A stretch of DNA of 58,989 nucleotides, counting the filler, from Basidioascus undulatus (taxonomy: Eukaryota): the NCBI GenBank assembly GCA_000826855.1. It is 8 parts of 8 records of this genome, joined end to end, with 100 filler letters (N's around TTAATTAATTAA, not from the genome) between each part and the next. Parts side by side here need not be neighbours in the genome. Positions count along the whole stretch, not along the records: positions 36,969 to 44,254 come from JTLS01001585.1; positions 44,355 to 51,626 come from JTLS01001586.1; 6 more parts are not named here. One strand, given 5' to 3'. This document shows positions 36,969 to 48,064 of this stretch, one piece after another. Under the pieces are notes generated by a model, which saw only the letters and a list, made by a program, of their open reading frames with translations, ran no database searches and had not been told where the DNA came from. The position numbers and the translations under genes were made by a program. Each line of letters begins with the position of its first letter. The stretch's first letter is position 1.

Positions 36969-38912
36969 TCTCCCTCACGCTCTATAACGTCTTTTCCCGT
37001 GCACCCCCCCACCTGCTTCTCCGCCCCAACGAGTCCGACACGTCCCCGCAGCTCCCCTCACAGCCTTTTGCGGCGCAGGCGCGGGTCAGCCGGAGCGCGA
37101 CGACGGGCGCGCACCGCGCTCCGCCGGGTTCGAGGACAAGGCATGCGTATCCCGAGTCGGACGCGGAGCACCTCGGCTCCTCGCGTGTCCGTTACCCGCA
37201 CAGCGAGGCTGAGCATGCCGGGCCGAGCAGGAGCGGGACACAGCGCCGCCGACCGCCCGTCCCGCCCCTCGAGTTAGAGTCCGAGCGCCCGTCGCACCGC
37301 ACCCGCGGCGGCGGAGCAGAAACCGACGTGGACCTCCCGCGTTCGCGTTCGCTTGCGCGCTCCCGCTCCCGCCCCTCCTCTCCCTCCGGCCGCCGCCCCT
37401 CCGAGCCTCCCGTCCCCATCCCCCGGGCGCACGCCCGCTCCGTCTCCCGCCCCTCGTCCCCCACCGGCGGGCGCCGGCCCTCCGTCCCCACCGAACCCGT
37501 CCCCGCCCTCCGCCGCCCCGCCGTGCCGGCGGTGACCAAGATGACCGAGCAGCGCTTCTTCGTGGGCGAGGTGCAGAGACACGTCGTTCTACCCGTCGGG
37601 CCCGACACGCGCGCGGAGGATGTCGTGGAGGATGTCGGGAGGAGGGGGATGTTGAGGGATCTGGGGAATGAAAGAGAGGGAGGGTGGGCGGTGTGGGAGA
37701 TGGCGCTGGAGTTTGGGCTCGGTGCGTTTGACCGTTCCCCTCTCCACACACCCCTTTTTATTCTCTTTTTCTGGGATTGTTTATGGTGGAGACTGATCGG
37801 TTTGATGGGATTGGATGGGCGACACGGACAGAACGACCGCTCAGGGAGTATGAGCACGTGCTGGACGTTATGGAGAGCTGGAGCGGGTCGGGCAAGGTCG
37901 CGAGCAGCTTTATTTTGAGGAGGACGCCGCTGACAACGACGCTGTTGAGCGCTTCGGTGCGTCCCCTGTGGTTCCGTCCCCTCCGCTGGGGAATTGCCGC
38001 TGACGGAGGAACTGGATGGGGGTTCTTAGGCCGTCCCGCCCAGTGCGCCGTCGTTCGAGGGCCCCGTGCAGTGGGAGAGCAAGCGCGGCAAGTGGACGAA
38101 GCGGTGGTTGATCCTGCGCGATGGAAGCTTGTGGCTCGCGAAGTCCGACAAGGTGGGTCTTGACACCCCATCCGCCTCCTCTCCTTTCTTCAGCCATGCT
38201 CATCCTCTTGGAAACCAATAGGGCAAGGACGAGCTCTTCCTCTGCTCGCTCTCCGCGTTCGACGCGTACGCGTCGACGCGCGCTTACGCTAAGGCCCCGC
38301 GCGACTGGCCGCACGTCTTTTCTGTCAAGAGCCAGGACCGGCTGAGCATGTTCGAGCGGAGCGAGGACTACCTGCACGTGTTTGCGGTGCATGATGAGGA
38401 AGAGGCGAGGATGTGGGGAGGAAGGATCGCAGCGGCGAGGGTGCGTTCCCCACCTCTCTTGCGCCCATGTGCTGATGATTGTACTAAATGCCCAACAACA
38501 GTCCTACGTCTTCCGCCAAGAGCGCCAGAACCTCTTCCAGCCCCGCCCGTCCCAGCCGCCGTCCGCCGCAGCAGCCGCGGCCGCCCTCCTCAACTCGACC
38601 TCCTCCGGCGCCAGCGGCCCGCTCATCGCCGCCGAGGCGCTCTCCGCGCCGCCCGACCCGGCGTCCAACACGCACACGGACCCGTCCATGTTCACCGAGG
38701 GGTCCCTTCTCGCCGGCGGAGGTGGGCCCGCAAGGCAGCCGGGGTTCTTGAACCATGATCCGGCGGCGGGGGGCACGGGGAGGCCCGCGCTGGGCGGAAG
38801 AAAGAGGAGCGGGACGCTGGGGGAGCGGGAGAGGGTGGGCGTGGAGGGAGGGGGAGGGGGAGGCGCGGGGGGAGTGGGGAGGAGCCGGACGCTTAATCGT
38901 GGGAGGGGTTAG
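36969..38912 (+). CDS. Ras-association (RA)-like plus PH domain protein, 5'-partial, 5 exons
   Basis: Frame open from the gap; TRAEDVV..GGWAVWEMALEFGL-ERPLREYEHVLDV (RA-like); KRGKWTKRWLILRDGSLWLAK..FSVKS..EARMWGGRIAAAR (PH). Confidence 0.8.
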
Positions 38913-39099
38913 GGACTGTACAGGATTGGACATTTCCCGTTTCGCTTTTCCCCTCTTGTTTTCCTTTTCTTTCGTCAACTTCATCGACCTCCAATCTGCA
39001 GCGATCACCCCCCTCGTTTCTTGATACCTTGGCTCTTTTCGTCGCTGGAATCGCGAACGCTCATCGCACATTCGTTTTGCTTACGCTCATTCTTGTTCG

Positions 39100-40950
39100 T
39101 CATTCGTTTACACCCCCCACATTCTTTTGCAATCGAAGATCAGTGCTTCCGTTTGTTTGGCGAACGCGCACATGCCGGTGTGCGACTGAGACAGGCGGAA
39201 GGCCAGGCTGGACGTGGAAAGCCTCAAAGGCTTGGAGGTTCCTGAACTTCTCAACCGCGGTCGCGCCGGTTCATGTTCATCAAGCCGGAGTACTTCAAGG
39301 CATTGTAGTGGGTATCGATGCAGCATATGTCGTTGTCAAAACAGAAGGCATACTCGCCCGCAACGACTCTCAACCCAAAAGGCGGAACCGTGCCAGCGCC
39401 CCGCCACTTCCTGCCCGTCGCCGCATCCGGCTGGGAGAGCTCGTCGCCGCTCTCAAAGGGCTCGCGCAGCCTGTTGGGGGTGCACAAACGTCAGTCATAC
39501 GACATGAGAGGTGTAGAGTGCGAGAGTAGCATGGCAGACGTACCGGGCGCACAGGCAGGCAACGGCGTCCCAGACGGTCACGCCGCCTAGATTGCGGACG
39601 TGAAACGTGTACTCCGTCCCCTGCAGAGCGACGGTACACGGCAAATGTGCCACGGGCGGGCTGAGGGCGAACGCGGCCCACACTGTTGAATGGGGACAGG
39701 AGGGTGCGTCAGTAAGGTCTCCCTAATGGCCGGCGCTGCACTGAGTGCAAACAACGTTGAATCAAGATGAAGAGAAAAACGTACAGTGCGCGTGCTGGAC
39801 AAGCAACTTGTCACGAATGTTCACCGAAGCCACCTCGTTGCCGGTAAAGCAGACTTTGCACTTCAGACCATTATCTTCTTCCTCGTCACCATCAGAGTCA
39901 TCGAGACCGAGGCCAGAGCGGTCGTCGTCCTCGCGGTACCGGCACCGCTCCAGCGTCATTTGCACCTCGCTGGCGCGCGGGAGCGGCTAACCGCTCCACT
40001 CATCCTCGGACTCGCCGCTCTCGGAACGTTCAGAGAGCGCCCGTTCGGAACCCCGCTCGCTGTCGGAATCGTATCCCAAGAGGACGGCGCTCCACAGCAG
40101 CGCAAGGACGGGGTGCGGCTTCGGCTTCGTCTTCTCGCGCGTGAGTGCATCGAGATGGAGTAGAGAAGGTGCATGGTAATGTAGTCCTAATGTGAGGGAC
40201 GTAAGTCCAGCAGGTCGAGTTAGTCCATTCGGGCGAGACAAACTGGAAAAAAAGGACTGAGCGTCCACTCACGCGGCTTCAGGTCGGGGCATCCACAATG
40301 CCCAAGGCTGTCCTCATTCTCCTCCACCTCCTCCGCCTCATCCACACTGTTTTCGTCCCCACCATACCCACCTCGAGCGCCTCTCGAGGACGGCTAGCAG
40401 ACCTGCAAGTGGCGGGTGACCATCAGCGGCGTATCGCGGCGACGCTGACGCCGCTGAGCAGCCCGCCCTCGCTCCCGCTGCGACCCTGGTCTGCCCCCTG
40501 CTTTCTTTTCCCCTTGATCTTCTTCGGCCGAGCGTCAACCGCGATGGCCGGGACGCCGTACCAGTACCAGGCGAGCGTCGCGCGCGCGTCGGGCTCGACG
40601 GCAGCGCGCAAGGCGAAGCAGACGCGCGAGAGCGCGACGAGGTCTTGCAGTGCCGAGAGGTCTTTTATGTTTCTGTCGGCGGAGACAACGAGATGATGCG
40701 GGCAACGAGTTCTGGGGGCAGGTGGAGGATTGGGAACTTCCCCCGCTGCGAACTGGGACCAGGCGAAACGGGTCAACCTTGTCGCTCGTGTTGCAGCACA
40801 TTAGACCAAGCATGGACGTACCGTGATAGCCCGCAGCTGCTCCTCCGCAGCCTCATCCTTCCTCAACGCCGTCACGAGCTCAGCGCGCAGCCGGGCGATC
40901 TCGTCATCCCGCCCGTCGCCAACGCCTGCGTCTCCCGGGTATGCGGTAAT
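39100..40950 (-). pseudogene. Degenerate F-box protein gene
   Basis: FPILHLPPELVARIISL, then a frameshift, then LQDLVALSRVCFALR, which together form an F-box. Acidic tracts follow, with multiple stops and frameshifts. Boundaries are approximate. Confidence 0.5.
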
Positions 40951-42312
40951 GGAAGATATGCGGTGATGTATAACATATGTGTCAAGAGCTCTATGTAAAT
41001 GCTCTTTCACGATTGCGATGCGGAGACGGCGTCGAGGACGAAGCGAGACTACAAGCCCAGTGCGCTTCAGCAACTCAGCCACTGATTCTCCGTTCCATAC
41101 ATCAAAGAAAAGCAAGAAAAGACCTTACACGCCTTAATTCGAGAAAGCTGCGGAAAACGGGCTGCCCCCAACACATCAGCGGCGCGGTCAGCAACGAACG
41201 CGTTTGGCGTCGAAACCCGAGCTCACATCTTCGTTGCAGGCCTTCGCGAGCGTCTCGTCCAGCGCCCGAAGATGAGCTGGGTCGCGTAGAAGGCTTCGCG
41301 ACCAGCAGGGCGCATGAGGAGCAGGAATCCGATGATGCCTTGGAGGCGTGCGTCGCTGAGCGAGATGAAAGCTTCGGGCGTGTGTGGGGGGCAGTCCTGA
41401 ACGCGATGTGGCGTGACAACCGATGTCTCCATACGCTTGTACTTCGGCGACGCAGTACTTTGTTTGTCCTTGGTGGGCGGCTGAGAAGATGTGTGAGATG
41501 TTGAAGCATGTGCGATCGAGTGGTTGCGCTCTGCGCGATGGGGAGAGCGTGAAGTTGAATTGGGACGAGACGAGCGCTGCATCGGAAATGTGAGACCCTG
41601 TCAGACTCCGACGCATAGGTGAGCGCAGAGGACGCTGCCTGTACCTGGAGAGGATCAGGCCGTCGTGCCGATGGCGACAGCTCGCGCTCGAGCACCGCAG
41701 GACAGGAAACTATCAGAAAAAGGGCATACAACTCAGGTTTAAATTTTTGTGAACTTTAGGCACTGCAATCACCACCGGGCCTTGAAGTCCTTCCAGAATC
41801 AAGAATCAGGAGTAGCGCCAGGCGACGGGACTCCCCCTCAGTCGCCACTGCTGCTACGTGGTCTCTGCCAGAAAGGCTCACAACATCCCAAAGATTCTTT
41901 TTTTACAGGAAATGTGCTTTTAAAATGGCAGTGAAAGTGACCAGGCACCCTTTATCGCTGTAGGTCTGACTCTCTGAGCGTCACCGTACTACGTATAGGC
42001 ACCTTGCACGTACTAAAACAATCTCGGATTCGGCACGGTGAAAAAGATTTCATCGCAATTCCATTCAAATTTGCTCAAACATAAATAGGTCAATTTTCAA
42101 GTGCTTCCAAACGCTGGCGACGAAATGCTGCGTTGCACGCTTGCAGCTGCGTTGATCAGGGCCCAAGGAAACGCGGGCCAACGCGGGCCCCGGGCCCCGC
42201 GTCCCTTGTGCCTGTCTTCGCGCGCTCGAGGCAGGTCCAGACTTTCACGCGCTTTACCTTGCATGGATCGTTGAGCACCTCGCAGCTCGCTGGTCTACAT
42301 TCGCACTCGACC

Positions 42313-44254
42313 ATGTCCTTTCTAGCAGGGGCTCCAGCGACTTGGCGGGCGACGGTCGTGGCGGTCGTCTCGGTTGCGACGTTCCGACGCTCACTCGGGA
42401 CGCGGACGGCGCTCCTTGTCGGACTCGCGTTCCTCATGGTCTCCGCCGCGCTTTTGCCCTCCTCGCCGCTGACGATAGAGAACGCACGACATGCGGTCCA
42501 TTATGCGCACTCTGCGATACATACTACGCCCCTGAACGGTTCCGAGCTTAGCCGGCCGCGAAGGGACACGTGCATGATTGCTGGGAAGGAGTGGGAGGAG
42601 TGCGGGGAGGGAGATGTGCTTTGCGCGAAGTATGGGTGAGTGTTTGCATTTGACACGCCTGGACTAACTGGGGTCTTCTGTGCGGATCATATGGGTTTTA
42701 ATTGTGGGGGGGAACTCAGAGAGAACGCGTTGCGCGCGTCTAGGACGTATACTGGGCCGGAGGTGCGCTTGAGGGCCGTGATGCGCAAGGCGCTGAAGGG
42801 AGAGCCGATAAAGCTCGGCGTGCTGGTCTGTCCTTTTCTCGTTTTCTTGAGGGTAACTGCAGTTGAGTAGCAGTCCGTGAAATTGATCCATGCAGGGTGG
42901 GAGCGTTTCGATCGGTCATGGTATTCCCCACGGCCAGGAGTTCCACATCTACCACCGTACGCGTGTTCATTTCGCCACGCTCTAGCATGCGATACTCAAC
43001 TCCTATTCTCCAGAACAAATATGGAAGTGGTTTCAAGGCGCTTTCCCTCAGACCGAAGTTTCCTTCTCGAACGGTGCAGTAGCCGGTGAGCTCTTTCGCC
43101 CTGCGTCTTCTCTGCACGACTTTCCTCCGCTGACGCCCCTACGCGCGAGCAGGCCAAGGCTCTGACTTCCACAAGCTGTGCTTCCATGCGCACATGGATG
43201 AAGACGTGGACCTCATCCTCATAGACGCGGCAATCAATGACTTCAGGTCCGCAGTGTGGCAATTCCGCCCCCAATTCTCACTCGCTAACGCAGCGCGTCG
43301 GGGCCGCGCGCAACAGGAAGGATCAGAAAGCCGCGCTCGACATGGAATGGCTCATGCGCGGGTTGTTGGATCTCCCCAAGAAGCCGGCTGTCGTGCATGT
43401 GCAGACGCTCGCGGTCATGTACGTTGGCAGGGCTGGATGGTTTTGGTGGACGCTGGGGGATAACCCGTCCGAGGTTGAGACAGGTTCGAGATGATCTCCC
43501 TTGGAGGCGACTTGCATACCCCCATCGCCGAATATTACGGGGCGCCCGTCATCGCTAGTCTTGTGCTCCACGCTCCCATCCGCATGCTGCTCACACAGAA
43601 CGTTCCGCCAGAGTCTTCGCCCCGTCCTGCTCCCTATCCTCCTGAACGATCCTTCAAAATTGATGGACTATTATTTTACGCCCGGAGATATCGTGGATAC
43701 CCGCCACATTGGGATCGGCGGTCACGACATGCTTGCTGGTGCGCTGCGCTGGCTTTTTACGATGGATATCAGGAGCTGACGCTGCGGTTCGAATGGCAGA
43801 CCTCGTCATCTCCTACTTTCAATCGGTCTACTGCTCGCTTTCTCATGAGCCCAAGCGCGGCTACCTCACGCCGCCAGAGACGGACATGCCGCCGGTGCGT
43901 TTGCTTTCCTCACCGCAGCACGTTGGAACAGACCTTAACGGAGCCTTTTTCCGATTTTTCTTTTTTTTTTGGGTCAACACAGCAACTCGTCTTCTCCAGA
44001 TTCAACGCCACCAACCCTCCTCCCACGTACGCGCCCATGTGCAACTCGACGCAGTCCACGCTGCGACTGCTTTCGCCAACAAGCACGTCCGGGTTCGCGC
44101 TCGAGACGTTCAACGGAAAGAGCTACTGGACGGGGTACAAGCCGGGCGACCGGATCGAGTTCGATGTTGAGGTGCGTGCGAAAGGGTGAGTCTTGCGACT
44201 CTTAGAAGGCGCCGAGGCGGGTGAGCAGGCCCTGACGAAATGGTTTTTTTTTTT
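42313..44254 (+). CDS. CAP64: Cap64/Cas3-family SGNH-like protein, multi-exon, 3'-partial
   Basis: N-terminal TM; LCAKYG..SRTYTG..RLRAVMRKALKGEPIKLGVL-GGSVSIGHG; NGAV; CFHAHMDEDVDLILIDAAIND; MEWLMRGLLDLPKKPAV; DTRHIGIGGH; KSYW..PGDRIEFDV. The symbol reflects family membership; orthology is not established. Confidence 0.82.
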
Positions 44255-44354
44255 NNNNNNNNNNNNNNNNNNNNNNNNNNNNNNNNNNNNNNNNNNNNTT
44301 AATTAATTAANNNNNNNNNNNNNNNNNNNNNNNNNNNNNNNNNNNNNNNNNNNN
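44255..44354. other. Artificial contig linker
   Basis: N44-TTAATTAATTAA-N44. Confidence 0.98.
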
Positions 44355-44411
44355 TAGATGCAGCAGTGCCAGCTCCCACCATTTTATACACGAGAGTATG
44401 AAAGGGACTAT

Positions 44412-46080
44412 AACGGCGGTTTGCTTCTTTGATGTCCATGCAATTGCGCCTCCAGAAAGGATGAACATGTATCCGGATGTCGAGCGTCGTGAACCGATGT
44501 CGCCCGCCCAGTCGGCGTCGCAGAAGCCGATTGGTAGTGTTTCAGGAGTGCGGTAGTATGTGATCTCGTAGTCGATTGTACCGTTCAGGTAACGTAGAAC
44601 TTGCTTGACTCCATTCCAGTGTGAGCGTCCGGGATTCGAGGAGAATTGGCTGAGAATGCCGATTGTGAAGGTGAGGTCGGGTCGAGTGCCGAGCATGGCG
44701 TACATGAGCGATCCAATTGCGCTCTGGTATGGGATCTTCGCCATGTTCTCTTGTTCGTCCTTGGTAGTCGGGCCGTCTTCTTTTGAGAGTTTGATTCCGG
44801 ATGCAAGCAGCGTAGAGGTGGGTTTAGCGTTGTCCATGTTGAAACACTGCAGCATGGTGCTGATGTAGTGCGCCTGCGAGATTGAAAGTGTTCGCTGCAC
44901 CCGGTCACGATGGATCTGGATGCCGAGGATGTAGTGTGCTTTGCCGAGGTCCTTCATGTCATATCGCTTCTCGAGGTTGGCCTTGAGGTTGTTGATACCG
45001 GGGAGAGACATAGACATGATGAGGAGGTCGTCGACATAGAGTGCGATGTACGTTGGTCCGTGTCTGTTGGTCCGGAAGTAGATGCAGTGGTCCGCCTCGA
45101 TCGGGGAGAAACCGAGTGCAAGTAGATCGCCGTCGATCTTCTGGTACCAGGTTCGACTCGCCTGCTTGAGACCGTAGAGACTTTTCTTGAGCTTGCATAT
45201 GAGCTTCTTGTTCTCCGCCTCGAAGCCTTCGGGTTGCGTCATGTAGACGTCCATATCGATGTCACCATTGAGGACTTGACGTCCATCTGATGGATGTCGA
45301 GGTCCTCTGCCGCTGCGATTGCGAGAATAAGTCGGATGGAGTTGAACTTTGCAACGGGAGCAAAGGTTTCGTCATAGTCGATTCCGGTGGTTTGCAAGTA
45401 GCCCTTTGCAACGAGTCGTGCCTTGTATCGCTCGATTTCGCCCTGTGCGCCATACTTGATTTTGAATACCCATTTGCAGCCGATTGCACGTCGATCCTTT
45501 GGTATTTCGACGAGATCCCAGGTGCTGGCGCGTTGTATCGAGTCCATTTCGGATTGCGCCTCCTCCTCCCACTGTCGCCTGTCAGGGCCCTGTAGTGCCT
45601 CTGCGTATGTGGCTGGCTCGGATGTGGCTGCTGCAAGGTTGGCGCGCATAACGTGATTCCGCTCCGAATGTCGAGTAGGTGGTCCATATGTCTTCTTGCT
45701 TCGGCGAGCTGGTGCGCTAGGAGTTGTCTCGGGTGTCGGATCTTGTGTGAAGTCCTCTCGTCGTCCGAAGTGACGGGTTGCGATGGTGAAATTGGTTCGG
45801 TGAATGGTTCGGGTTCGATGTCCTCGGAACTTGATGTGGTGTCGTCGATCTCGAGTTCGATGAGACGCTCGTCCTTCTTCTCTCAATGAATGTGACGTCT
45901 CGTGTCGAGATGACCTTGCGTGTCGAGGGGATGAAAATCTTGTAGGCCTTCTGTGTGTGGGAGTAGCCAATGAAAGTTCCCTTGATCGCCTTCGGATCGA
46001 ACTTCGTGCGCTCGTGCTTTGGGCGATGAACAAGTGCCACGCAGCCGAATGTGCGGAGATGAGCGATGGATGGCCTTTTT
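44412..46080 (-). mobile_element. Ty1/copia pol fragment (post-integrase SH3-like region, RT, start of RNase H); no LTRs seen
   Basis: HLRTFGC..KFDPKA..FIGYS; CKWVFKIK..RYKARLVAKG; ETFAPV; HQMDVK; SLYGLKQASRTW; LYVDD; GFCDADWAG..RRSTSGY; WTSKKQ. Frameshift near 45274; truncated at both ends. Confidence 0.95.
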
Positions 46081-46496
46081 AAAAGAACATACCCGGATAC
46101 CTGCAGATTGTAATTGGGAGCTCGCTTTGGCGAATGCCGCTGGCTGTGCCATCCTTGAAATTCTTGCTGCCCATGCTTGAAAGGATGCCCTGTATGCTTC
46201 TGAGCATGAAGCTTTTTTGAGTCTATGATAAGGATTGTTCGTGAATATTTTCCGTTGCTCTTACCATTAATTCTTGTGGAAGGAGCATGTCAACAGTCGT
46301 ACTTGTCCCCGGCAGCGGGCTGCACGCCGACCGCCTGTGGCACAGTCTGTAGCCTCTTGGCACGGCAGGCGGGCATATGTCCAATGATTTGATGAAGAAA
46401 AACTAAAGACTACGTACACATGGCCCGAGGAGCTGTTCACCACCCGTATCGCACTGCGTCTTCATTACTTTCGAAGATTCAGCTTTCACTGTGGGG

Positions 46497-46501
46497 AAAA
46501 A
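46497..46501 (-). terminator. RNA Pol III oligo-T terminator (T5)
   Basis: TTTTT begins 2 nt after A37 of the tRNA 5' half. Confidence 0.65.
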
Positions 46502-46503
46502 GA

Positions 46504-46588
46504 TACGAGTGGCGCGCTCTACCACTGAGCTAAAGGGGCATTACATGATTTATGCCCCCTGGCTGGATTGAACAACCGACCTCACCAT
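46504..46588 (-). tRNA. Circularly permuted tRNA-Thr(CGU): 3' half 46588-46553, 13-nt spacer, 5' half 46539-46504
   Basis: The halves GCCCCTTTAGCTCAGTGGTAGAGCGCGCCACTCGTA and ATGGTGAGGTCGGTTGTTCAATCCAGCCAGGGGGCA join into a 72-nt cloverleaf with all four stems paired and anticodon CGT. Confidence 0.85.
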
Positions 46589-46598
46589 TTCGCAATTA

Positions 46599-46609
46599 CC
46601 ACTCGAATA
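46599..46609 (-). promoter_or_regulatory. A-box-like element upstream of the tRNA 3' half
   Basis: TATTCGAGTGG has one mismatch to TRGYNNAGYGG and lies about 25 nt upstream of the B box (46573-46565). Confidence 0.5.
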
Positions 46610-47560
46610 ACCAAGCAGTGATGATGACCCAGAGTATTTTAAGGTCAGTCACCTGATGTTGGAAGGCAACCGAGTTTGCCCTCCTATGAGAACTTCTTCT
46701 TCCTAACACCAAGTTTTTAGAATACAAGTGGACTTGTCTAGAAATTATAAATCAAACCGTGCATTGCATGAAGTCTCTCTGAAAGGCAGGTGTGGACATG
46801 GCGTTTTTTCAAAACGGGCTGTACATATTGCGCCACCCAGGGTTGCCTAAATTACAAAATGGTGCACCGGGATTATTCTCTTCAGGCATACTGAAGCTGT
46901 GCTTACCCACTGAGCATTCGAGCGTAGCACAAGGTCAACCGTGACGAGGCCCGCCAGGTATGTATGTCCCGGACGGGTCGCAGGTCTTTAGTGTCCTGTG
47001 TCCCGCTTTCTGGAGGGGAAAATTTTGCCCATGAACAGATAAGTTGTGCACCATTGAGTCTTGGTTGTACCGCTGTACATGAACCGTCGCGATTCAAGGT
47101 GGAAAGCCCTGATGGAATAGCTGAACGAGCTCCGTGTCTATGGCTCAGCTTTGTCTTCCTTTTTTTTTCCGAAAGACAGTTTATGTTTGTACTGTAGGTA
47201 ACATCGCCAAAACAGAGCCGCACAATTCGTACCACTTTGGGGGGCGGCGTGCTGGTAACGCTCTGACCAGTTCGAGACTGGTGACTCCCATCTTTAGGTT
47301 CATGTGTTTCATGGGCAGGCATTTCTATGTTCGAAACCCCAATCTACCCTCGCATTCTGCCATGCTCATAAAAGAACACATCAGTGCAAGCTAAGCTTTT
47401 GCTCCTCAAATGAACCAACAAATCTCGCTGCGCTTAGTTTCATGTGAAGTAGAACTCATCCTCACGCTGTAAGTCAATGTCTTCGACGGCGAGGCGTTGC
47501 AGACATGGCAAAGGGGTCAAGGCATTGGTCTTTGAAAATCTGAAGCCTGGCAGGGCGACC

Positions 47561-48064
47561 TCATCCAAGAGTTGAAAATGTAGGGGCAGCGAGGACGGAT
47601 TTGAGTGACGCGGGAGGGCACTGCACAGTTAGCCGAGAAAGGGGAATCAGCTTCCTCCATGTCCGGAGAAGAACCAGGGACCAGTCGGCGTTTCTGACGT
47701 GAATCGAGTGGTTGAGACACGGCAGTGACAGCGAGTGGACAAGCGAAAGCAGCTCGTTGTTCTGGCCAACCGTGCGAGCGAACAGGCGGTAACGCTCGAT
47801 GATGCGGTGCGCAAGTTGCCCAAATAAGCTGCGGAGGTGCATGCGGGGATTGTGAAGAATTTTGGACTCGCTTGAATTGAACCGTGGCCCAAGCTCAATT
47901 GAGGAGTAGAGTCCGGGCGTGCCCATGGCGTTGCAAGCACGATCAACGAGGCATAATGTGGCGAGCGCGCCGTAGTCTCTGCGGTATGCGAGCGGGTGGG
48001 ACGGCGCCGCGACCTGATTAACGACCAGCTTGATGACGTCGAACGACAGCTGAGGAGGAGCCAT
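47561..48064 (-). pseudogene. F-box-like protein, probably truncated
   Basis: MAPPQLSFDVIKLVVNQV..LATLCLVDRACNAMGTPGLYSSIEL..LFARTV..LLSLVHSL is a typical basidiomycete F-box-like N-terminus; it stops after about 167 aa. Confidence 0.5.

Noticed and set aside
46535..46559. Inverted repeat as a terminator hairpin or MITE end
   Set aside because: It is explained as the acceptor stem of the permuted tRNA closed by the spacer.
46504..46588. Two ordinary neighbouring tRNA genes with long introns
   Set aside because: No partner halves were seen, a T5 terminator follows A37, and the two halves complement exactly.
47320..47342. GTTCGAAACC B-box-like motif
   Set aside because: No T-stem pairing or cloverleaf around it.
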